Of a stretch of 64,000 nt of DNA, positions 9,255-17,436 are shown piece by piece. The first letter of the stretch is position 1; every line of letters starts with the position of its first letter. This DNA is from a virus. Lineage: Duplodnaviria > Caudoviricetes. Location: positions 913 through 64,912 of the IMG/VR virus record IMGVR_UViG_3300027804_000071; one strand, given 5' to 3'. The notes below the pieces were generated by a model. The model saw nothing but the letters and a program-made list of their open reading frames with translations, had not been told where the DNA came from and searched no databases. The translations under genes and the position numbers were made by a program.

Positions 9255-9885
9255 AATAATTCACATTATCTGGATTGGCGATCAATCCAAAAAACCAACC
9301 AAGTGCATTGATACTTGGATTAAAAAGAACCCTGATTACGAGGTAAGAGTCTGGGGTAACAATCAAGTTCAGGCGACCAACTGGAAGAACTACCGACAAC
9401 TTAACGACATGATTATCAAACAGGATTGGGCTGGGGCTAGTGACGTGATGCGTTATGAAATCCTGTATGAGCATGGTGGCGTTTATGTGGATGCAGATAC
9501 TTATTGCGTTAAGCCATTAGAAGATTGGCTATTAAATTGCCAAGCGTTTGCCTCTTGGGAACAGGAGCTGGTGCGAAACAATCTGATTGCCAATACTGTG
9601 ATGGGTAGCGTGCCAGGCTCTGAGGCCATGAAGTTGTGCATAGATGAAGTGGCCACAAAGGACTGCACAGAACAGAAACTTGCGTGGATGATCACTGGTC
9701 CGATGCTTGTGACTGATGTATTTTTCAAGAAGCAAGCAAATCTGACGGTGTATCCTTCCCACTTCTTTATGCCAAAGCATCACTCTGGTTATGAAAGTAA
9801 GGTAACGGGTCATCACTTTGCCAGCCACCTATGGGGTTCTGACATTGGTTATGACAATATGGACAAAATTATGGAGAAGAATTAA
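9244..9885 (+). CDS. GT32-like glycosyltransferase (DXD sugar-binding)
   Basis: IPKIIHIIWIG, SDVMRYEILYEHGGVYVDAD and TGP motifs; TTG start. Confidence 0.85.
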   Translation: MIPKIIHIIWIGDQSKKPTKCIDTWIKKNPDYEVRVWGNNQVQATNWKNYRQLNDMIIKQDWAGASDVMRYEILYEHGGVYVDADTYCVKPLEDWLLNCQAFASWEQELVRNNLIANTVMGSVPGSEAMKLCIDEVATKDCTEQKLAWMITGPMLVTDVFFKKQANLTVYPSHFFMPKHHSGYESKVTGHHFASHLWGSDIGYDNMDKIMEKN

Positions 9886-10445
9886 TGAATGTAATTGAAA
9901 ACTTTGTTCCTAAGGTTTACCAAGACAATATTGAGGGTACTTTATTAGATAATAACTTCCCTTGGTATCTACATAAATCAACAGTATCTGAAGCGTATGC
10001 TGGTAACACAGATAAAAACGTGGTTGATAGACCACAATTTGCCCACATTTTTAATGTAAACAATGAAGCTACGTCACAGTATTGGCCTTTGTTACAGCCA
10101 TTTGGTTTCTTTTTGATGGGTAAATCTAACATAGACACGAGTCACGTTCTTAGAGTAAAGGCTAATCTTAATCTTCAAGATGCCTTATTCCCACAAGATA
10201 AATACTTTACACCTCACATTGATTGCCGTGATGCTGCTAAGTTTTTGACTGCTATTTATTATGTGAATGACTCTGACGGAGATACTTTGTTTTTTGATAA
10301 AAAGAAAAACATAGTTAATAGGATTACGCCAAAAAAAGGAACTTTAGTTTACTTTGACGGAAATGAACTTCATGCAGGTCAGTCACCTGTTAAAAGCCAA
10401 TACAGATGTTTAATTAACTTTAACTTTTTAGGAAAAACAAAATGA
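9885..10445 (+). CDS. 2OG-Fe(II) oxygenase
   Basis: PHID (HxD), distal LHAG and RCLINFN; YYVNDSDGDT. Confidence 0.8.
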   Translation: MNVIENFVPKVYQDNIEGTLLDNNFPWYLHKSTVSEAYAGNTDKNVVDRPQFAHIFNVNNEATSQYWPLLQPFGFFLMGKSNIDTSHVLRVKANLNLQDALFPQDKYFTPHIDCRDAAKFLTAIYYVNDSDGDTLFFDKKKNIVNRITPKKGTLVYFDGNELHAGQSPVKSQYRCLINFNFLGKTK

Positions 10446-11197
10446 CACAACAAAAATCACCAACATTATTTGTAGCTACTCCAATGTATGGCGGTATGTG
10501 TATTGGTAACTATACGGCTGCGCTTATGCAAATGCCGTTGGTAGTAAGTAAATCAGGTATCAAGATGTATTACACATATATGATGAATGAGTCCTTGATT
10601 ACCCGTGCCAGAAACAGTTTAGCCTATGATTTCTTGGCTTCAGATGCTACTCATTTGATGTTTATCGATGCCGACATTGGCTTTAACCCGAATGATATTG
10701 TTGAGATGGTCAAGCGTGACGTGGATATTTGTTGTGGTTTGTATCCAAAGAAAGAAATTCACTGGCAACGTGTGGCTGATGCTGTAAACAGAGGTGTTCC
10801 TGCCGACCAGTTAAAAGATCATACAGGCACATTCGTGGTGAACTTAGTCAAAGAAGAACGCCAGGAAGTAAAGATGAGTGAGCTATTAGAGATCCAAAAC
10901 GGTGGTACAGGATTTATGTTGATTAAGCGTGAAGTGTTTGAGGCTTTGGCTGATAAGGTTCCTGAGTACAACAGTGACATGTTTTTAGCTATAGACACTG
11001 TAAGAACACCTAAGATTATTAAAGAGTTCTTTGCTACAAGCATTGATCCTGAATCCAATAACCGCTTGTTATCTGAGGACTATCACTTCTGTAAGTTAGC
11101 CAGGAAGCATGGTTTCAAGGTGCATGCCGCGCCATGGGTACAGTTATCTCACACTGGAACATATATTTTTAGCGGAGCATTGCAAAGAGTTGGCTGA
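10442..11197 (+). CDS. GT-A fold (GT2-like) glycosyltransferase
   Basis: ESLITRARN, HLMFIDAD, GTGFMLIKREVF and SEDYHFC motifs. Confidence 0.8.
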   Translation: MTQQKSPTLFVATPMYGGMCIGNYTAALMQMPLVVSKSGIKMYYTYMMNESLITRARNSLAYDFLASDATHLMFIDADIGFNPNDIVEMVKRDVDICCGLYPKKEIHWQRVADAVNRGVPADQLKDHTGTFVVNLVKEERQEVKMSELLEIQNGGTGFMLIKREVFEALADKVPEYNSDMFLAIDTVRTPKIIKEFFATSIDPESNNRLLSEDYHFCKLARKHGFKVHAAPWVQLSHTGTYIFSGALQRVG

Positions 11198-11630
11198 AAA
11201 AGGATTAAATCGTTTCAAGCCAGAAGACAAGGCGGTTGATCTAAACAATCAATCGTCTGCTTGTTATTCTCTAATGAATTACTTTCAGGTAGATATTCAA
11301 ACAATGCCAGAGATGTCTATCTGGGATTGGGAGTTCTACAGAGATGGCCAGCTGGTAGGTATTGGTGAATACAGACGAAGATTCCACAACTTTGGCACGT
11401 TTTCAGACTTTCAGTTTGGCCAAAAGAAGTTTAAAACCATGGTTGCAGAAGGTAAAAAGCATGGTGTACCAGCTTGGATGTTCGTGGAGTTTGATGATTT
11501 ATTCCTGTATTTCACCATGGAAGGTGATCCGCCAGTCAAAACAATGAGACGTAACCATGAGACCAGGACAGAGGAATGTGTCTGTTTCACCATGGATAAG
11601 TTTCGCAAACTAGAGAACTTAAATGTATAG
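11109..11630 (+). CDS. Hypothetical protein, possible PD-(D/E)XK fold (true start probably near 11190)
   Basis: WDWEF...IGEYRRR resembles a D...ExK-type core; weak call. Confidence 0.4.
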   Translation: MVSRCMPRHGYSYLTLEHIFLAEHCKELAEKGLNRFKPEDKAVDLNNQSSACYSLMNYFQVDIQTMPEMSIWDWEFYRDGQLVGIGEYRRRFHNFGTFSDFQFGQKKFKTMVAEGKKHGVPAWMFVEFDDLFLYFTMEGDPPVKTMRRNHETRTEECVCFTMDKFRKLENLNV

Positions 11631-11910
11631 AAATCAAAAACTATTGGAGGCTCTTCGTGAGTCTCCATGCCAACATTGTGGGAGACAAGATGGAACAATT
11701 GTTGCAGCGCACAGTAACCAGCTCAGAGATGGCAAAGGCCGTGGCATCAAGGCACATGACTACAGGACGGCAGCTCTATGCTACGGGTGTCACATGGAGT
11801 TGGATCAGGGCAAGAACCTATCAAAAGCTGAGAGGGAAGAGCTATGGGAAAACGCCCATCGTAAGACGGTAGGCTGGCTCTTTGAAGCAGAAAAACTCGT
11901 AATTAAGTAA
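11623..11910 (+). CDS. DUF1364/DUF968-like zinc-binding (His-Me finger) protein
   Basis: PCQHCG...VAAHSNQ..GKGRGIKAHD...LCYGCH. Confidence 0.7.
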   Translation: MYRNQKLLEALRESPCQHCGRQDGTIVAAHSNQLRDGKGRGIKAHDYRTAALCYGCHMELDQGKNLSKAEREELWENAHRKTVGWLFEAEKLVIK

Positions 11911-12012
11911 AATACCCAAGAGGGCTGTGGAACTCGGCTCGGCGAGTATAAATATCCTGTAACCTAAATCCATTAATATACGACCTCAGCCCTCACTCCA
12001 AATTACTACAGA

Positions 12013-12042
12013 TTGACACAGATCGTAATATTCTGCTATATT
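12013..12042 (+). promoter_or_regulatory. sigma70 promoter of the sRNA
   Basis: TTGACA (12013-12018), 18 bp, extended -10 TGcTATATT (12034-12042). Confidence 0.7.
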
Positions 12043-12047
12043 TAGTG

Positions 12048-12178
12048 TGTCAGACCTCCAAGATACTGACAGCCGTCACTCGCTTTTGATGTAGCAGTTG
12101 ATTGTGAATAAATGACGGCAAGCCCCTCGGTGATCCCCTTCACCCTAAACCCCCAGCTAATCCCTGGGGGTTTTTCTT
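12048..12178 (+). ncRNA. Predicted trans-acting small RNA (three hairpins plus terminator)
   Basis: Stems TGTCAG/CTGACA, GCCGTCA/TGACGGC, GGTGA/TCACC and a terminator; no ORF; own promoter; loops complementary to other phage leaders. Confidence 0.7.
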
Positions 12179-12179
12179 T
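12149..12179 (+). terminator. Intrinsic terminator ending the sRNA
   Basis: ACCCCCAG-ctaatcc-CTGGGGGT followed by TTTTCTTT. Confidence 0.85.
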
Positions 12180-12254
12180 GCCCATTTTCTCCCGATAGCC
12201 AGGCTACAGGGAATTACCTCAAATCAGCTATTTCAGGTAACTCTAAAAAAGTTG

Positions 12255-12299
12255 TTGCAAATTATTTTTATTTCATTTAATCTACAGTTTCAACTGCTA
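12255..12299 (+). promoter_or_regulatory. sigma70 promoter with TCAACTGCTA at predicted +1
   Basis: TTGCAA (12255-12260), 17 bp, TAATCT (12278-12283); motif at 12290-12299. Confidence 0.7.
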
Positions 12300-12694
12300 A
12301 GGATCAAAAGCGAGAACTGAAACAATTTCTCGTAGACAATATGAATATGAACGTGCCACACGTTGGCATTGTCACCTTTGTCTCTTTTGATTCTTAGCAT
12401 ATGACGGACTCCACCCGTTAGCAATGAACCTACATGGGTTGCGTGGAAGAGAACATAGGCTGATTTCATCACCCGATTTAGCCTCGTAGCCTTAAATGGG
12501 GACTACACAAGACGGAGAGGCCAGAGGTGAGACCAACTCTCCATCGATTGAACATTAACTTAGGTAGGACTAGCAGTAACCGTGTTGTAGTGTATGGATT
12601 CGTGGAGTGTTAGTTGTGGGTCAGAGTGATTAAGTACAACAGATCGTTGGCTTATCACCCTTGGGGGAACTATGAGAAAAAGAAAGAGACATAA

Positions 12695-12877
12695 ATGCAG
12701 ATAAAAATACCAAAATTCCAAGCCGTGCGTTACATGGTGCATGACTGGGGTGGCCCAATTCGTGGCTTTGAGACAAGAGCTGAGGCTGAAGACTTTGTTA
12801 ATGGTGACAAATCTTATTGGGTTGAATTCATTCCAAAGAGAGTAGCGACCATTGACGTAGAAGAAGCACCGTTTTAA
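12695..12877 (+). CDS. Hypothetical protein
   Basis: 60-aa ORF containing FETRAEAEDF. Confidence 0.55.
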   Translation: MQIKIPKFQAVRYMVHDWGGPIRGFETRAEAEDFVNGDKSYWVEFIPKRVATIDVEEAPF

Positions 12878-12896
12878 ACTGATTGTTCAACTGCTA
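12852..12896 (+). promoter_or_regulatory. sigma70 promoter of the replication operon with TCAACTGCTA at predicted +1
   Basis: TTGACG (12852-12857), 17 bp, TAAACT (12875-12880); motif at 12887-12896. Confidence 0.7.
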
Positions 12897-12940
12897 GGGG
12901 AAACCGATGGAAAAACACTTATCCGTTTACGGAGGCATTT

Positions 12941-13249
12941 ATGTCTGGTAAACAAAATAAAGAAATCACTGATGCAATCCTTAATGAAATAGCTAACAAG
13001 GGTTGCGTAAGCACTCAAGAGATCGCAGAACTTCTAAAGACAACACCAGCCGTATCTGCTGGGCGTTTGACTTACTTGCGTAAACAGGGTCGTATCGTAG
13101 GCAAGAAGGGTAGATGGGCGTTTCGCATGGAACATCTAAACATCAAGCCAAAAGAACTTCTTGTCAATCAAACATTCAGAGATTTATCAGAAATCTTTGA
13201 CAACATTATTCGTATGGGGTTACCAAATGAAAAAACTCAACATTCTTAA
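12941..13249 (+). CDS. Winged-helix DNA-binding protein
   Basis: RBS GGAGG; VSTQEIAELLKTTPAVSAGRLTYLRKQGRI HTH pattern. Confidence 0.55.
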   Translation: MSGKQNKEITDAILNEIANKGCVSTQEIAELLKTTPAVSAGRLTYLRKQGRIVGKKGRWAFRMEHLNIKPKELLVNQTFRDLSEIFDNIIRMGLPNEKTQHS

Positions 13250-14075
13250 CATCCGCATTGACGGTGGCACACAAGCCCGTCTTAAGTTAAATCAGGATGT
13301 GGTCAAGGACTACGCAGAAGCTATGCGTGAAGGTGCAGTATTTCCTCCAATCATTGTCTACCATGACGGCTCAGACTACTGGTTGGCTGATGGTTTTCAC
13401 AGATACTTTGCGACCAAGGCTAATGCAACTGCCTCAATTGATGCAGAAGTCCGCACAGGAACGCTAAGAGATGCCATCCTATTCTCATTCAGCGCCAACG
13501 ATCCAAGTAAGCGTGGCTTATCACCAACCTCTGAAGACTTGCGTAACATCATCCGTAACATGCTGTTGGATGAAGAGTGGAGTAAGTGGACTAACTCTGA
13601 GATTGCTCGCCATGTAGGCGTATCTAAGATGACTGTTGGCCGTATCAAGGCATCAATGACTGAACAGCCTAAAGAAGTCAGCGAAACTAAGAAATATACA
13701 GACAAAAACGGTAATGAAAAGACAGTCAATACCAAGAATTTAGGTAAACAAACACCTACAACAAAACCAGACTTATCTACCTATGATGAGAGAGACGACA
13801 TCATCAAAGAGCTAACTGACACGGTGAATTCATTGTCAGACGAGAACTCTAAGCTCAAGGATGCGATTGCTTTGGGTCAGTGGGATGCATCAGACATTGA
13901 AAAAATTGATGCAGAGGATACAATCAAAGACCTTCGTGAACAGGTCAAGATCTTTGAGATTGACAACAGGGCTTTGCGTGAAAGCAGAGATATGTTCCAA
14001 AACCGTAACGCTGAACTGATGAAAACCGTCAGCTCATTACAAAGAAAACTAAAACAATTTAAAGAGGAAGTATGA
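13227..14075 (+). CDS. ParB/Srx-like N-terminal domain protein with HTH and coiled coil
   Basis: GGTQAR, FPPIIVYHDGSDYWLADGFHRY and WTNSEIARHVGVSKMTVGR. Confidence 0.75.
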   Translation: MKKLNILNIRIDGGTQARLKLNQDVVKDYAEAMREGAVFPPIIVYHDGSDYWLADGFHRYFATKANATASIDAEVRTGTLRDAILFSFSANDPSKRGLSPTSEDLRNIIRNMLLDEEWSKWTNSEIARHVGVSKMTVGRIKASMTEQPKEVSETKKYTDKNGNEKTVNTKNLGKQTPTTKPDLSTYDERDDIIKELTDTVNSLSDENSKLKDAIALGQWDASDIEKIDAEDTIKDLREQVKIFEIDNRALRESRDMFQNRNAELMKTVSSLQRKLKQFKEEV

Positions 14076-14236
14076 AAGATTACTCAGAAATATTGATCAA
14101 GATGCAGATTGGTGTGAAAGAATTGCATGAGGCAATAAATGCAAAAGATTGGCTTGAAACAGACATTCAGTCCGATAATCTTGTGTTCTTGGCAAAACAA
14201 ATAAGAGATTCAGTAGCTGATTTACATACGAAATAA
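14072..14236 (+). CDS. Hypothetical 54-aa protein
   Basis: RBS GAGG; ATGA coupling; translated manually. Confidence 0.55.
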   Translation: MKDYSEILIKMQIGVKELHEAINAKDWLETDIQSDNLVFLAKQIRDSVADLHTK

Positions 14237-14288
14237 GTCTTCGGACTAGCCCAAGCCTAGAGGGAATCTAGGCAGTATAGGAATACAA

Positions 14289-15764
14289 ATGGAATTGCAA
14301 TTGCGTGAGCATCAGCAACATGTTATTGATGCGTTAAGACAGGGCTTCATCAACGGTCACAGAACTCAGTTACTCTATGCACCGACAGGCTTTGGTAAGA
14401 CAGAGGTAGCCATAGCCCTGATGAAAGCTACGGCAGAGAACTTCAAGCGTGCCTCAATGGTCTTAGACCGTATCGTTTTGGTAGATCAAACAAGCCAACG
14501 ACTAGACAAATACCGTATCAGGCATGGTGTATTTCAGTCTGGCCATTGGCGGTATGACAAGCGAGAGAAGCTACAGGTCTGTTCAGCTCAGACCCTGGAA
14601 CGCAGAGATAGTTTCCCAGAGATGGACTTGATGATTGTGGATGAGTGTCACATTGCTCGTAAACAGACCTCAGAATTCATCAAGAACAACCCCAATATCA
14701 AAGTTATAGGACTGACTGCTACCCCTTTTACCAAGGGATTGGGTGAGTTGTATACCAATGTAGTCTGTGGATCAACCACAAGCGACTTGGTTCAAGGCAA
14801 ATGGTTAGCCCCTCTGAAGGTATTCATTGCCAAAGAGATTGACATGACAGGTGCAAAGAAGGTTGCTGGTGAGTGGTCAGGTGACGAAGTTACTGAGCGC
14901 GGTATGAAGCTAACAGGTGACATTGTTCAGGAATGGATTAAAAAGACTCATGAAGTGTTCGGTAGACCACGCAAGACCATTGTCTTCTGTGCGGGTGTAG
15001 CCCATGGTGCGGACTTGGTTAAGCAGTTTGCAGAGCATGGCTATAACTTTGTATCAATCAGCTACAAGGATGATGATGAGTTCAAAAAGGCTGCCATCGA
15101 AGACTTTGCCAAGCCAGACACAGAAATCCACGGTTTGATTGCTACCGACATCTTAACTCGTGGCTTTGATGTATCAGATGTAATGATCGGTGTATCGGCT
15201 AGACCATTCAGCAAGTCATTATCTTCCCATGTGCAACAGATGGGGCGAGTGATGCGGTCACACCCTAATAAAGAGTTCGGTTTATGGCTTGACCATAGCG
15301 GTAACTACCTCAGATTCCGTGATGATTGGGATGAATTGTATGAGGATGGGGTCAAAGAGCTAGATAGTTCTGGTGAAAAGGCACACCGTGAGCCAACAGA
15401 GAAGAAGAAAAAGGAATCCAAGTGTCCTAAATGCAGTCTGTTATGGCCAAAAGGCACAGATACTTGCCCTTCTTGTGGCTATGTGAGAGAGAAAAGGAAC
15501 GAAGTTTCTGCCGTTGCAGGTGAAATGGTTGAGTTCTTGGCATCCGAGACCGTGGTCAAAGAGACCAAGCAAGACTTCTATTCACAGTTACTGTTCATTG
15601 CCAATGAGAGAAGTTATAACCCACATTGGGCTAGTCATAAGTATCGAGAACGGTTCGGAGTCTGGCCTAAGGGACTTGTAGATAAACCAATACCACCATC
15701 AATTACGACCATGAAATGGATAAGAAGTAAGCAGATTGCATGGGCTAAGAGGAAAGTTAAATGA
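14289..15764 (+). CDS. SF2 DEAD/DEAH-box helicase with C-terminal Zn finger
   Basis: APTGFGKT, DECH, TAT, QQMGRVMR motifs; CPKC...CPSC. Confidence 0.92.
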   Translation: MELQLREHQQHVIDALRQGFINGHRTQLLYAPTGFGKTEVAIALMKATAENFKRASMVLDRIVLVDQTSQRLDKYRIRHGVFQSGHWRYDKREKLQVCSAQTLERRDSFPEMDLMIVDECHIARKQTSEFIKNNPNIKVIGLTATPFTKGLGELYTNVVCGSTTSDLVQGKWLAPLKVFIAKEIDMTGAKKVAGEWSGDEVTERGMKLTGDIVQEWIKKTHEVFGRPRKTIVFCAGVAHGADLVKQFAEHGYNFVSISYKDDDEFKKAAIEDFAKPDTEIHGLIATDILTRGFDVSDVMIGVSARPFSKSLSSHVQQMGRVMRSHPNKEFGLWLDHSGNYLRFRDDWDELYEDGVKELDSSGEKAHREPTEKKKKESKCPKCSLLWPKGTDTCPSCGYVREKRNEVSAVAGEMVEFLASETVVKETKQDFYSQLLFIANERSYNPHWASHKYRERFGVWPKGLVDKPIPPSITTMKWIRSKQIAWAKRKVK

Positions 15765-15934
15765 GTTCAAAAACAATTAAATTGAAAGTTGATGGGAAAG
15801 TTGTATATCAGTTTGACGTTACTGAAACCCAATTAAATCTGGCAAAAAAGCTTGGAGTAAAAGAAAAAGATTTCATAACAGAGCTTGCAAAAGAACATTT
15901 AAAAGAACATAAGGCAAAAAAAGATGAGATTTGA
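15761..15934 (+). CDS. 57-aa protein resembling the scaffold C-terminal helix motif
   Basis: MSSKTIKLKVDGKVVYQFDVTETQLNLAKKLGVKEKDFITELAK...; ATGA coupling to the helicase; below track cutoff. Confidence 0.6.
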   Translation: MSSKTIKLKVDGKVVYQFDVTETQLNLAKKLGVKEKDFITELAKEHLKEHKAKKDEI

Positions 15935-16751
15935 AGATTTTGCCAAGCTACATGGGCTGATTATCAGAGACATCACACCCTTTAAGTGGATGTCTACCCC
16001 TACAGAAGATAAGCCACGATCAACTAACGGCAGATACAAATACATGGGTGATGTTGGTTGGGTGCAGAATTGGGCGACCATGGATAAACCAGCCATTTGG
16101 AAACCCGATGAAAAGTTTACGCCTCCACCCGAATTCTTAAAGCAAAGGGATTCCGCCCTGAATGACCGTCAGAAGTTAGCTGACAAGGCATCAGCAAAAG
16201 CGGGATGGATCATGCACCAGACCGCCAACGCTACCCATGAATACCTGGCGAAAAAGGGATTCCCCGAAGAGGAGGGTAATGTCTGGCGGACGGATACTGA
16301 TGAATTGTTAGTGATACCCATGCGTATCTCTGGGAAACTTGTGGGGTGTCAGCTCATCAACACACAGGGGGAGAAGAAGTTCTTGTATGGTCAGCAGACC
16401 AAGGGGGCATCCTTCTGCATTGATGCAAAGGGAACACCTATTTTCTGTGAGGGCTACGCTACGGGGTTGTCTGTCCGTTCCATAATGAAAGCGAACAAAC
16501 TCCGCTACAGTATCCATATTTGCTTTAGTGCAAGCAACCTCAAGGAAGTAGCAAGGCACATCCCCAACGGGATCGTTGTCGCTGATAATGACCCCAACGG
16601 TATCGGTGAGACTGTTGCCAAGGAAACAGGCAAACCGTATTGGATTTCCGACACAGTTGGGGAGGATTTCAATGACTATCACCTCAGAGTAGGACTCTTC
16701 AAGGCGAGCCAGAGCCTTAAACAGATTTTTCTGCATAAGCCAAACTCATAA
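15924..16751 (+). CDS. Toprim-domain DNA primase (plasmid/phage type)
   Basis: YLAKKG, LVIPM...GCQLI..GEKKFLYG, FCEGYATG and VADND motifs. Confidence 0.85.
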   Translation: MRFEDFAKLHGLIIRDITPFKWMSTPTEDKPRSTNGRYKYMGDVGWVQNWATMDKPAIWKPDEKFTPPPEFLKQRDSALNDRQKLADKASAKAGWIMHQTANATHEYLAKKGFPEEEGNVWRTDTDELLVIPMRISGKLVGCQLINTQGEKKFLYGQQTKGASFCIDAKGTPIFCEGYATGLSVRSIMKANKLRYSIHICFSASNLKEVARHIPNGIVVADNDPNGIGETVAKETGKPYWISDTVGEDFNDYHLRVGLFKASQSLKQIFLHKPNS

Positions 16752-17001
16752 GACGAATGAATTTGGCCTCAATCTGCCTAGCTCTTTCACGACCCATGCC
16801 ATGCGGTTTACCACTATCTGCTAGTGTTGCACCTTTGGCACGGGTTTTTAACATTTTCCAATAAGCATCACGGCAATCCTTCGGACTGCGGTAAAACATT
16901 TGATCAAATTCTGATTTTGTTGGGAAATCTACCAAACGGTAGGGAGTGTCCCCTACCACCGTGTAAACAGGGACTCTTCCGTTGCATTTACTTAGATTCA
17001 T
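16717..17001 (-). CDS. Stand-alone sigma70 region-4-like HTH protein
   Basis: TLADSGKPHGMGRERARQIEAKFIRLM resembles sigma70 region 4.2 (TLEEVG...TRERIRQIEAKALRKL). Confidence 0.7.
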   Translation of the reverse strand: MNLSKCNGRVPVYTVVGDTPYRLVDFPTKSEFDQMFYRSPKDCRDAYWKMLKTRAKGATLADSGKPHGMGRERARQIEAKFIRLMSLAYAEKSV

Positions 17002-17002
17002 C

Positions 17003-17176
17003 TCAGTCCCTTGGGTCAATTTCACAAACATCAGTCGTTTCCCAATCGGTAGCCACCTGAATATCATCTTCATCAAGGTAGTCTATTGCCATATCGCAAG
17101 CCTCATCTGCATCACTTGCATCCACGGTCACCACGACCTTAGCCGTGGTGGTCATTGTTATTTCATATCGTCTCAT
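17003..17176 (-). CDS. Small acidic protein (DpnD/PcfM-like pattern)
   Basis: MRRYEITMTTTAKVVVTVDASDADEACDMA; translated manually. Confidence 0.55.
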   Translation of the reverse strand: MRRYEITMTTTAKVVVTVDASDADEACDMAIDYLDEDDIQVATDWETTDVCEIDPRD

Positions 17177-17436
17177 AGTAATCTTAATTCCTCTCTGGTC
17201 ATTGATTGCATCATGTTTTGTTCTTCTTCAAACATATCGTTCATGCCGTTGTCGCCTAGCGTGTGGATATTTATGTGAAAGACCGCATCAGGGTCATACG
17301 GCTCATCATCAAGACAAAATACATTGATGTCGTGATGTTCAAACCCATGCCACCAATCGCATTGGTCAAGGATTTCATCCTTATACTTTTTGATCGTGGC
17401 AAGGACTAATTTCTTATCAACTAAGTAGCTTTTCAT
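17173..17436 (-). CDS. Hypothetical early protein
   Basis: Start MKSYLV after a GAGGG RBS; coupled overlaps. Confidence 0.55.
   Translation of the reverse strand: MKSYLVDKKLVLATIKKYKDEILDQCDWWHGFEHHDINVFCLDDEPYDPDAVFHINIHTLGDNGMNDMFEEEQNMMQSMTREELRLL

Noticed and set aside
14236-14273. Twister-like fragments (CCCAAGC loop, GAGGG) before the helicase gene
   Set aside because: The hairpins AGTC-TTCG-GACT and GCCTAG/CTAGGC are real, but the P1/P2 stems and pseudoknot order needed for a twister are missing.
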